This document shows positions 50,421 through 61,789 of a stretch of DNA of 64,000 nucleotides, in pieces. Source of the stretch: Octopus bimaculoides (lineage: Eukaryota); assembly GCF_001194135.2 (NCBI RefSeq), contig NC_068991.1, positions 8,087,354 through 8,151,353 of the forward strand. The letters are read 5' to 3'. How positions within the stretch are numbered: the stretch's first letter is position 1; each line of letters starts with the position of its first letter. The notes beneath the pieces are model-generated. The model was not told the origin of the DNA. It did not search any database and worked only from the letters and a program-made list of their open reading frames with translations. Made by a program: the position numbers and the translations under genes.

Positions 50421-52525
50421 TAAAATGGTGGAAGTTGAAGTTTCGATCTGTCCATATTCAATACACCCACCTTCACTCCTTTATCACTCTACCTTCCCTT
50501 ATGCTATATTACAAAAGATGACCATCTGGTGTAAATATTGAATCCTCCTCCCATTACTCTTCTTTGCTGCTAGCCATTACTCTCTGTCTGTCTGTCTCTT
50601 TATTTCCCTTTCTCCTGTTACTCCTGCCCTTACTCCCTCTATTGACATCTCTTTTTCTTCTATCACTCATCTTTATTGCTATCTATCACTTTAGTCCTTC
50701 TTGCATCATTCATTACTAGCATACATCACTTTCATTACTCCCTCTTCCATCACCCTGTCTTATTCTTCTCATGTTGTACTATTCTATTTAATATCCTTGT
50801 CAATAACCAGCATGTAACTGCCTATCAAAGTCTCTCTACGATCATTGTCTTTTCTGCCACACTCTTTCCCCTATCTCTTTGTCCCCCTCCCCCATCATAA
50901 TCTCTGTTCTGTCATCTTGCTCTTTCATCGCTCTCTTTGCTTCACCCTCTCTTTCACATTGCCATGAGAAAATGGAGTCAGTGTAGAGTTGAGAACATGC
51001 TTTAGTATTGCCAGGGACTAGACAGCCTCTCTAGTGAGTGTACCATGATAGACTATACCAAGTACACTCTGCAAAACCAGTTGGTGTCAGGAAGAGCACT
51101 CCACCATAGAACCCATGCCGAAAATAGAATGTAGGAGTGAGACATGATTCGTGACCCACCTAATTGGAACTGACTCAGTCTGTGACAACTTGTCCATTCC
51201 TTGCTAGAATCAAAAGCTGATATAATATGTTGATGAGGATTACAATGATGGTGTATTAGTTATATTATTTCTGGAATTAATTTAGTGTATAATATAATAG
51301 GAACCAGTGTGGGAGTGTGGTAAGAAGTTGGCTTCCTAACCTCATGGGTGTGTGCTTGACAACCGATGCTGGTGTGTTTACATCCCCGTCACTTAGCGGT
51401 TTGGCAAAAGAGACCGATAGAATAAGTACTAGGCTTACAAAAAATAAGTCCTGGGGTCGATTTGCTCGACTAAAGGCAGTGCTCCAGCATGGCCGCAGTC
51501 AAATGACTGAAACAAATAAAAGAGTAAAAGAGTACACCGTACTAGGTTGAGTACTTTTCCTCCCATTTGTTACTTCTTTGTACATGTGAGTGTGTGCACG
51601 TGATTTTTAGAACCCTGTTTCTTGTGTACTGATATTTCTGCTTTATTCTTTCATCTATCATCTGACTAAGCCCATTTTTGATATCTGCTTATAATCCGAT
51701 ATCTAATAATCTCCTCTTATAAAACACCTGGACATTTTTATTTTTTATCTTCATTTAATAAGAAACCCTTAAAAAAATATGATTTATGCCTTCTCTTGTC
51801 CACCATTTTTTTTTTCACATTTAAAAATAGCCTTTATAACAAATGTCTTTGTTTTTTGTCTTTCGTTCTTCTAAGTTGATATAATCAGAGAACTTTTGTT
51901 ATTAAATGTGTCATTTGTTACATCCTTCATCCGTGTATTATTCTTTATCAACTGTTATCTACCTTATCCTTTGTAACCCACATCCCATGTAAAACCTCTC
52001 TACATAACATTCCTGTCAGCAACTGTTGTGTGATAATGTCTACTACAAATGCATTCCCAGTTCATGCCAGCAACAATTCTTGATACCTTACTAATTCACT
52101 TACTTGCCTGTATATTATTCTGAATCAGAAATGGCTGGCTGGGCTAGGGTGGTGGTGGTGGTAATGGTAGTGGGGGTGCTATTTATCTATATCTTGTCTA
52201 CTACCAATGTGCTGTAAATAGTGTGTCATTTCGACAGCTGGTAATATTAAAAGTAGCAGGGCTTTATTCGAGTTGGCACAGTCTGTAGCAGCATCTCATG
52301 ACACACAACTGAAATTGAACGGTAGATTAATATAGATATTACATAGATACCAACACACTCTCACATATATATATATAATTCAATATATATCTATATATTT
52401 GTACGTTCCCTAAAATATAGTGATTTATAATTGCATTAATTATTTTGTGTTGTGTTGAACTGTAATTCGTCATGCCGATCTTAACAAAACGAACTGTAAG
52501 TGAAAGTTTAACTTATGTTTCGCAG

Positions 52526-52589
52526 GAAGAGGAAATCATCAAAAACGGAGAAACTCAGTCAATGTCTAATACAAATGCCACCTTCACTG
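52526..52589 (+). CDS. Shared coding exon D, 64 nt: EEEIIKNGETQSMSNTNATFT plus 1 nt (contains an in-frame ATG at 52562)
   Basis: Acceptor TGTTTCGCAG|GAA, consensus donor CTG|GTAAGT at 52590. Phase-0 start continues exon B or C without a stop; ends in phase 1. Confidence 0.8.
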
Positions 52590-54779
52590 GTAAGTAATTT
52601 TTATCATTACTAACTATATTGTTGTGACATGGATAATCTTTCTTTTCAGTAATCCTTGTTTGCTTCTGCTGAGCCAAATTGTCGTCTTTGAAGCTTTAAA
52701 GCGTCACATTCTGTTTAATATTAACGTAGAATCTGTCATGAACGAAGGAGATATCTACCTGAGGAGGCTGATGCCTTCTTCACACGATGAGTCTCGTACC
52801 GGCTGTCACATGCAGCCGGTTATTGGAAGAATAACAAGTCTGAATCTCATGGCAGCGATCATAAGCATCTCTGGTCTGAGACTAAGCACTGTGATAGCTC
52901 CCCTCTCTCCCATTACTTTGGCCAAGTACACAAGTAGAGTTGAACTCAAAATTATATTCCAACACAACACTTGTTGTTTTGTAGTTCTGCTATATGCAGA
53001 ACCGGACCGGACTGGTGATTCTTAAACTCCCAAATACCTGTCCCCGCCACCCACACATGCTAGTGGGATTCTTTGCTCCCTTCCTCTGCATCTATTTAAG
53101 TCTTCTTTCTTTTGCAATAATATTGAAGCAGTTAAAAACGATCTTAATTTTGTTAAGCCTTTCGTTGCTATATTTCTATTGAAACACAGTTTTTCTCTCA
53201 ATTTGAAAATAATGAAAAATGTTGTAAAATAAATTTTGTCATTATTAAGCTGATGTTAGAAAATAAATTAGCGTGGCATTTTAATGGGAAATTGTAATTT
53301 AAATTACTTCAAATGTGTAGCATTTAAAATGGTCATATCCAGCCCAAATATTCTACCTTATGTTTGAACCATCCAAATTCAGCCTCTTACACCTATCCTA
53401 CAATGTCATTCTAAAAATAAGCAATCGTGTCATCGAAATCTCAAAGCTATGAGATAATCCATGATTAATTAAAAACTGTGACATTTGATTAAAGTAATCT
53501 GAATACTACAGGGTTAAAACAGTAAGTCTGTACCCTGGAGCTAAGAGTTGTCTTGCATGGGTTGGCATCAAAAAGGGTTAAGCACAGCAATTTGTCCCCA
53601 CCATTCATTTTTATCTTCATAAACTTTCTCATTTTTGGACTGGACCATTTAAGAATTAAATGTCCAACTCACAAACAAGATACTGTGCTTGTAACAAGCA
53701 AGATTTTATCTGCTGGACTCTCGTTATCAAATATCCTACTAACTCATTCATCTATGATCTGAATAGTAATACATGAATATTAAATTGCAGAGTATATATA
53801 CCATAGATATTGGGCCCCATAAATATAACACGCAGTATCATATAAGTGTGTTGTATACTGTTACATTTGTCTACTGTATAATACAGTGGTATATTGTATC
53901 AGCGTCACATGATTGTAGTTCTGCCAAAGTATTAAAACTTATTTCAGTATTTCGTATTACATATCTTTCACTTTTAGATTTTATAATCTGCTTTGAAATA
54001 TGTATTAACTTTTAATGAATCAACTATTGTCTGCAAAATTAATTAATTAATTAATTATTGTATACAATGAAATTGGAAGAAGACTGTCATTTGAGAAATG
54101 CATGTTTTATATTGTTCTTATACGGATATATATATGTTTATTTCTGTGGTTTGATTCTGACTATTCGAGTTTATTAACCCTTTTGATACCAACTCTGTCT
54201 GAGGTTGTCCCTGGTTCTATTATACAAATTTCCTGTTTTAACCCTTGTGGTACCAACCCTAACCCTAAAATTGGCCCTGGTTTTGTGAGGCAAATTCCTG
54301 CTTTGAATTTGTCTAAATAAGAATCTTCCTTTAAAATTTCATATTAATTTATGTTCCAAACTCTAGCTTAACAATGATAAAGTCTTTTTACTAAATTCTC
54401 CATTGTTTCTCGAAATTTAATTGAAACAAAGGTTGTGCATTTCCACAGAAGTATGGTAACAAAAGGATTAAGATGATTAAGGATTAACTTTCAAACTTTC
54501 ATGCTACTTACATGGTTCCAAATACCAGCTTAATAATGGCAAAGTTATTTTACTAAATTCTTCGCTATTTCCAAAAAATAAAAATATTAAAATAAAGGCA
54601 GGGTATCTCAGTAGAAATATGGTAAATGTATTTTCTTACATAAAAAAAAAGAAAGAAAATGAAGGAAGAAAGATGGTTTTTAATAATTTATCTCTGTCTA
54701 ATAAGGTTTAATTTGATGTAAAAACAGTTGATCAGGTTATCTCAAGGTTCTCATTTGAAATATTAGTCTTACTAATTCT

Positions 54780-55014
54780 TGTCCCTAAATGGGTAGTATG
54801 ACGCCTGCTATTTACATACTGACTATGGACTCGCAACGACAGATTAAATGCATGTGTTCTGCTTACGAGTAAGCAACACGACTAATTACTCATAAACTGA
54901 GTGTAGTAAAAACCAGTTTGTGGTGTGGTGTCTGACGTTACCACAGTAAAGTTATTGTATTGTAACGTTACAAGTGAAGTTCAGTGAGAACAGAGGGTGT
55001 TGAATTACAAGCTT
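54780..55014 (+). promoter_or_regulatory. Weak candidate internal promoter or short non-coding exon
   Basis: Local CpG cluster, TGACGT at about 54933, palindrome TTGTAACGTTACAA at 54960-54973, TCAGT at 54981, GTAAGT at 55015. Confidence 0.25.
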
Positions 55015-55305
55015 GTAAGTGTTGATTTCAAATACAACTTAAAGCAATGTCTTGTTATTTCAAAGCAAATCAGAATATTTAATTTCAGAATAAAATAACC
55101 AAAAAATCAGAGGCATCTTTAGTAAACATTTTATTCTAATAGCTTCATTCTTCAAACTGCTGGTCTGTGATACCCACCCCTTTAACTCTTTTGCATTTAA
55201 ACTGGCCATATCCAGCCCAATTATTCTGCCTGTTTTATGTTCAGACTGGCTAGATCTGGCCTTTCACACCTACCTTACAATGTCATTTTAAAAATAAACA
55301 ATCAT

Positions 55306-55666
55306 AGGCGCAGGAGTGGCTGTGTGGTAAGTAGCTTGCTTACCAGCCACATGGTTCCGGGTTCAGTCCCACTGCGTGGCATCTTGGGCAAGTGTCTTTT
55401 ACTATAGCCTCAGGCCGACCAAAGCTTTGTGAGTGGATTTGGTAGACAGAAACTGAAAGAAGCCTGTATATTTGTGTGTCTGTGTTTGTCCCCCTAGCAT
55501 TGCTTGACAACCGATGCTGGTGTGCTTATGTCCCCCGTCACTTAGCGGTTCGGCAAAAGAGACCGATAGAATCAGTACTAGGCTTACAAAGAATAAGTCC
55601 CAGGGTCGATTTGCTCAACTAAAGGCGATGCTCCAGCATGACCGCAGTCAAACGACTGAAACAAAT
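55306..55666 (+). mobile_element. SINE family A, full length, nested in a piggyBac-like MITE
   Basis: AGGCGCAGGAGTGGCTGTGTGGTAAG head through to the tail; the flanks are the two halves of the MITE 55182-55741. Confidence 0.88.
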
Positions 55667-57277
55667 AATCACATGATTCAAAAACTATGTGAATAAATGA
55701 GCATAACAACTGATGGAGTAATTTGAATGCTAAAAGGTTAAGCTTTTTGTCAATCAACATCTATTGAACTTGTAGGCCCCTTTTCTTTCCTTCTTTGTAG
55801 CCCCTTATGCTACAGTGGTCTCATGCCTTGTTTGGGACAAAATTGTATATTAAAAAAATCAGTTTTTAATTCAGTAGTTTTGTTTAGCCCCAGGTCAGCA
55901 TTAGTTAAACAGACCATTGATCAGAAAGATTCAAGTTGTGACTCTTCTTTGAGAATGGTTGACTGTAATTTGAGGAAGACTTACTTGCTGTCTCTAGCAA
56001 TTAAGTGACCACAGTGCAAGGGTTTCCAAAGTTTCTATGTCCTCATCACTTTATCTTCCTTTCCTTAACCCTTTAGCATTTAAACAAGCCATATCCAGTG
56101 CAAATATTCTATCTATTTTCCATTCAAACTGGCCAGATCTGGCATCTCACACTGACCCTACAATGTCACTCTAAAAATAAACAATTGCATTATCAGAATC
56201 TCAAAGCTAAAGATAATGTATGATTGATTCAAAACAATGTGAATAACCAAGTCTTACATTTGACAATAATCTAAATGCTAAATGATTAATGTATGAAATC
56301 TGAATGTTAAGGGGTTAATGTGCAAATATTGAATAATAATGTCAATTTATGTTATTTAACCCTTTTAATAAACCTTCCTGAGGTTGCTCCCAGTTTTATG
56401 ATACAAAGAACGTGTTTTAAAAGGGTTCATATTTAAATTAAGATCTTCTCTCTTAATTTTATGAAAATGTCTCATTGGTTAAGTTGTTAAGAATATAAGT
56501 TTGTTAGAGCATAGGTCACTCTCAGCGTCCACTCTGTCACAAGCATTCAGACTAGGTTTCCGGTTTGAGGATACCTTCCTTCCTTCTACCTGCTTTTAGT
56601 GGCCCTGTAAAAGGTCATGGACACTACCTTTCTTTTTGGCTAAAAAGTTTTTTTTAAAAAAAAGTTGTACTCCAAATCCCAGTATTATAATGAGACAATT
56701 AGACAATTAGTCAGTTTATTAAGCCCTACCAAATTCTTGATTATTTTCAAAATTAATTAAAACAAAGTGTATGTTATTAAAACAATGATATACCAAAGGG
56801 TTAAATTTAAAACTTTGCAGGACCCCTAACTAGTCTTTGATACCCTAGTTGGAAACCATTGATGTAGAGGACCCTCTGAGGAGTAGTCGTTCTAATTCTG
56901 TAGCTTCAAAACTTAGTAAACAGAATTTAAAATTAAAATAAGATTGAAATTATTAAGAATGAGGTCAGGAGGATAAAGACAACATTGTTGTCATTATTAT
57001 TGGTATTGTTTTAATGTCCACTTTTCCATCTTGCATGGGTCAGATGGAATTTGTTAAGGCAGATTTTCTTTGGCCAGGGGCCTTTCTTGCCACTAACCTT
57101 CACCTGTTTCCTTGTAAGATATTTCCTCATGGTCAGACATGTTTTTTTTTTAACTAAAGGCTGATGATGCTGGCATACAAACATCTATTATAGATTTTGT
57201 GTATGTTAAACATTTGCCTACGATAGCGAGCTGTATACTTGGGTTTATTTAAGTGCCTTTAACCCTTTAGCATTCAG

Positions 57278-57447
57278 CTTACTGGCGTTAGGAAGGGCAT
57301 TCAGATTATTGGCGTTAGGAAGGGCATCCAGCTGTAGAAACTCTGCCAAATCAGATTGGAGCCTGGTGTAGCCATCTGGTTCACCAGCCCTCAGTCAAAT
57401 CGTCCATCCCATGCTAGCATGGAAAGCAGACATTAAACGTTGATAAT
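57278..57447 (+). mobile_element. RTE 3'-tail copy inserted in a piggyBac-like MITE, with a duplicated 5' end
   Basis: Tail sequence interrupts the MITE at GCATTCAG|ATTACTCTGTC; TGGCGTTAGGAAGGGCAT occurs twice. Confidence 0.8.
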
Positions 57448-57989
57448 GATTACTCTGTCAAATATATAGCTTATTTATTCATAATGTTTTGAATAAATCA
57501 TACATTATCTCGTAAGCTTTGAGATTTCAATGATGCATTTGTTTACTTTTTGAATGACATTGCAGGGTAATTGTGAGGGGCATGATGGGGTCAGTTTGAA
57601 CACAGAACGGGTAGAACATTTGGGCCTGAGATGACTGGTCTGAATGTTTTGTTATTGCTTTATGTTGTGATGTAAAGAAAAATCACACTTTTGGATAATG
57701 GTTGATGAGATAGAAAGCACTGGAAATAAGCTTTTGTGCCAAAGTGAGGGAAGATTTTAAAATGCTTAAGAAGCACGTGTCAAGAGGTTCCATTTCATAG
57801 CCACATGTTGCCAGACTAGACATCTAGACCCATTTTCTCAATGCATCTCTTGAAAGACGCTCTATCTCTGTCTCGCATGTAGAACAGTTGTGGTTTCGAT
57901 ACATCCAGCTGTTACTGGATCCTAGTAGGTGTCGGTTAGCTGAAATTTCAGTTGCTGAAGAATGAAGAAGTCACTTCTTCCACATTCCA

Positions 57990-58041
57990 ATGAAATCATC
58001 AGATGGTAATGTTCTCAGCAGAATGTTAGTGGGCAGAGCAG
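57990..58041 (+). CDS. Candidate exon E: short first coding exon MKSSDGNVLSRMLVGRA plus 1 nt, or a 39-nt phase 1-1 cassette at 58003-58041
   Basis: Strong donor GCAG|GTAAGA at 58042 in phase 1, the same phase as exon D. In-frame upstream TGA at 57963; TCAGTT initiator-like motif near 57949; alternative acceptor CATCAG at 58001-58002. Confidence 0.5.
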
Positions 58042-59494
58042 GTAAGAAAAAAAAAACACACACACACACCTAGAATACAACACAGTAATAACAGCGTAAT
58101 GGAAAGTGATAAATAGTGAAAAGATTTACAACGCTGAAGTATAAATTCACTTCTTACAACCAAGTGAAATATCTACAACTACAAAAAGCCATCAAGCATT
58201 ACACAATATTTGTGTGTGTGAGTCATGTTGTTTAATTAAAATCCTTCCTAAATTCATTACTGCTTTTCTCTAATTAATAAAAATATTATGTTTCAATCTG
58301 AAGAATTAGACACTCTGTACCAATTTTATTTCCTTTCAGTGGTCTGTCTTTTCTCCATATTTTAAATGATGACTGGTTGATAGTAATTTGAAAGATATAT
58401 GCTACTCTGTCCTCAGCAAACCATGTCCAGAATAACCATCATATAACGTTTCCTCATTTCCATCTCAATAATTAAAAAAAATTTACAAATTCAGTCTTTA
58501 AATATTTTAGAGGTAGTTTAGTGAATGCCATATAATAGCTTTAATAATGCTAAGATTGTTTCTTTCAGTGGACAGTTTTCGTTATAATCAATATTAGATT
58601 GTTAATATCTTTGGGAAAGACATGTTATTAATCCACCCCACCCCTCTCTCTCTCTCAATTTGATCTTTTATACCTGTTTAAAAATCATTATTATCAATAC
58701 AACCATAATTTCATCATTACTCTTTAAATAAATCTATTGACTTTGTAATTTAGTTCATAATATTTTATTGATTTTTTTTTTCCACTTAGAATCAAAATAT
58801 TAAAATATGAAAGCTTACACAGCCATAGAATAAATAAATCTCTCTCCCCTCCTTCTCAATATTCTCTGGTTTATACTAAAGAATTGTAATACGCATTTTT
58901 ACAGTTACTCTAAGACTATGGTGTGTAGTAAAAGTACAAGTAAAAATAAACTAATAAAAATAGCTGTCAGATGATGTTAGGAACAATCTGCAGGCGTGGG
59001 TGTTTGGTTAAGAAACTTGCATTGTAACTTTGTAGTTTTGGCTTCAGTCCTACTTCACGGCACCTTGGGCAAGCATCTTCTACAACAGCCCTGGACCCCA
59101 ATAATCTTTATGAGGGAATTTGGAAGATGGAAACTGTGGAATCCCGTCGTGTCTGTGTGTCTGTCTTTATGTATCTTTGTGTTTGATGCCTCACCATCTC
59201 AACTTGACAACTGGCGTTGATTTGCTTTTGTCCTTGTGACTTAGTGGTCTGGAAAAGGAGACCAATACAATAAGTACGAAGCTTTAAAATTGAGTACTGG
59301 GGTTGATTTGTTTGACTAAACCCTTCAAGGTAGTGCCCCAGCATGGCCACAATCCAATGACTGAAACAAGTAAGACAGAAAATAAATAAAGATAAGACAG
59401 CTCAAAGATAATGGTTATTATTACTTTTATTTTATTTTTTTATAATATTTATAGAATAGTACTTCAACCCTTTGGTGTTTAAACCAGCCATCAT

Positions 59495-59822
59495 CATCAT
59501 CATTTAACATCAGTTGTCCAAGAGCTGCACCAGACTCCAGTCTGATTTGGCATGGTTTCTACGGCTGGGTGCCCTTCTTAACACCAACCACTTAACAGAG
59601 TATGTCAGGTGCTTTTACCTGACACTGGCATGAGCACCTCTTACATGGCACCGGCACGAGTGCATAGTACATGACACTGGCATAGGATTCTTGCAGGCCA
59701 ATCCAATTCCCGGTGGGGGAGCAGCCTTAACACTTCTGCTGTGGAATACGGGTGTCCTTGAGTACAACAGGGCAGCAGATATCGTGGTCCTTTGCCATCT
59801 TGTCTGAAAGTTTCAACATCCT
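59495..59822 (-). mobile_element. RTE-clade LINE 3' end, same family as 24722
   Basis: Minus-strand RMLKLSDKMAKDHDICCPVVLKDTRIPQQKC matches the ORF end at about 24860-24955; followed by the 3' tail and a (GAT)n terminus. Confidence 0.72.
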
Positions 59823-60982
59823 AGCCCCAAATATTCTTCCCCCGTTTATGTTCACACCAGCCATATCCAACCTCTCACACCTAACCTGCAATGTCATTCT
59901 AAAAATAAACAATCACATTGTCATCATTTAGTGTCCATTTTCCATACTAGCACAAGATGGTTGGTTTGACAGGAGCTGGTAAGGCCAGAAGCCACACCAG
60001 GCTCCATAGTCTGTTTTGGCTTGCTTTTCTATGACTGGACGCCCTTCCTAATGCCAACCACTTTACAAAGTGTACTGGGTGCTTTTTATGTGGCACCAAC
60101 ACCAGTGCTTTTAACATGGCATCAGCACAAAATCTCAGAGCCTTGGAGTAATGCACATTTAATTCAAAACAATGTGAATAAATAAGAATTACACTTGACG
60201 GAGTAACTTGTACACCAAAAAGTTAAACTCACTTTTGCAGTATAATCAATTCAAAAACTATTTTTTGACTTCATGTATGTTGGGCAGCAATTTGCTCTGG
60301 AGTCATTTTCTAGCTGTTATCACAATTGTCTTTTCTCCTCAAAGCACTTGGCCCTCTCCCTGTGAAAACCATCACATTGTATGTTGTCAATCTACCTACC
60401 CATTCTTTCATATATTTCTCTCCTCAAAGAATGTACCACATATTTTCTTAAATATTCCTTTACTTTTTTTTTATTTTTTGCATTTATTTATATTTTTTTT
60501 ATTGTTAAACATTCCTTTGGTACCTGTATATTCCCTACTCACCTGCAGCGAAAATTTAGCAAATTATTTACAGAAATAGGTGCAGCCATGGCTATGTGGT
60601 TAACAAGCTCACTTTGCAACCATGTGGTTTCAAGTTCAGTCCCTCTGTGCAGCACCTTGGGCAAGTGTCTTCTCTTGCAGCAGCCTCTACCTCCCAGCTG
60701 ATCAATGCCTTGTAAGTGAATTTGGTTGATGAAAACTGTGTGGAAGCCCATCATGTATGTGTGTATTTGTCACACACACACACACACACCACTTGGCAAC
60801 CAGTGTTAGTTTGTTTACATCTTGGTAACTTAGCAATTTGACAAAAGAGTCTGATAGAATTGGACTTCAAACAAAAGCAAGTACTGGAACCAATCTGTTC
60901 TACAAAAACCCTCCAAGTTGGTGCCCCAGCATGGCTGTAGTCCAATGAATGAAACAAGTGAAAGATATAATATAAAATAAAC

Positions 60983-61146
60983 ATGGTGCTGGAGTGGCTG
61001 TGTGGTAAGTAGCATGCTTACCAACCACATGGTTCCAGGTTCAGTCCCATAGCATGGCACCTTGCACAAGTGTCTTCTACTATAGCCTCAAGCCAACAAA
61101 AGCCTTGTGAGTAGATTTGGTAGACGGAAACTGAAAGAAGCCCGTT

Positions 61147-61186
<40 letters not shown>

Positions 61187-61396
61187 GTGTGTGTGTGTGT
61201 GTACATGTTTGTACGCCCAACATGACTTGACAACCGGTGCTGGTGTGTTTACATCTCTGTAACTTAGCAGTGTGGCAAAAGAGATCGATAGAATAAGTAC
61301 TGGGCTTACAGAGAATAAGTCCTGGGGTCGATTTGCTCGACTAAAGGCAGTGCTCCAGCATGGCTGCAGTCAAATGACTGAAACAAGTAAAAGAGT
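60983..61396 (+). mobile_element. SINE family A, full length, directly behind an older copy at about 60577-60965
   Basis: Same head, internal microsatellite and tail. Further partial or decayed copies at about 1345-1625(-), 7320-7440(-), 8870-8990(-), 14790-14955, 23510-23650, 26550-26715, 33465-33775, 37880-38080(-), 41385-41500(-), 49240-49560(-), 51355-51535, 58990-59395 and 61860-62010(-). Confidence 0.85.
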
Positions 61397-61486
61397 TCAA
61401 GAAAAGAATTAATAAAATATGGCATTTGAAGAATGTCTCGAATGGGAAAATAGTGACTTAATTCCATATCATTTTATGTTTTAGAC

Positions 61487-61789
61487 CAGGGGTTCTCAAC
61501 CATTTTCCATCTATGGACCCTTCGATTACTATTTTATTCTGGTGGAACCCCACAGCCATTTGATGTTTAAAAACTAGTTTTATAAAAACTAGTTTTATAA
61601 AAACTTCTTTCGAAATTCCTGTTGTGTAGGTTGAACTATGGAAAATGGTAGAGAGAAAAAAAACCAAACCAATACATACATAGATCTAAAGCAAAATTTT
61701 TTCAGGGGTCCTCAAAATACTACTGTGGATCCCCAAAAGTCTTATATGGATCCTCAGGGGCCACATGGACCCCTAGTTGAGAACCACTG
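61487..61789. mobile_element. hAT (Charlie-like) MITE
   Basis: TIRs CAGGGGTTCTCAAC and GTTGAGAACCACTG; 8-bp TSD TTTTAGAC/CTTTAGAC (7 of 8 match). Related copy at 29398-29604 without a clear TSD. Confidence 0.85.

Noticed and set aside
1971-52589. Assigning a gene symbol to the host gene
   Set aside because: The exons in the window are low-complexity or disordered with no recognisable domain. The conserved core is presumably downstream of the window, so any name would be a guess.
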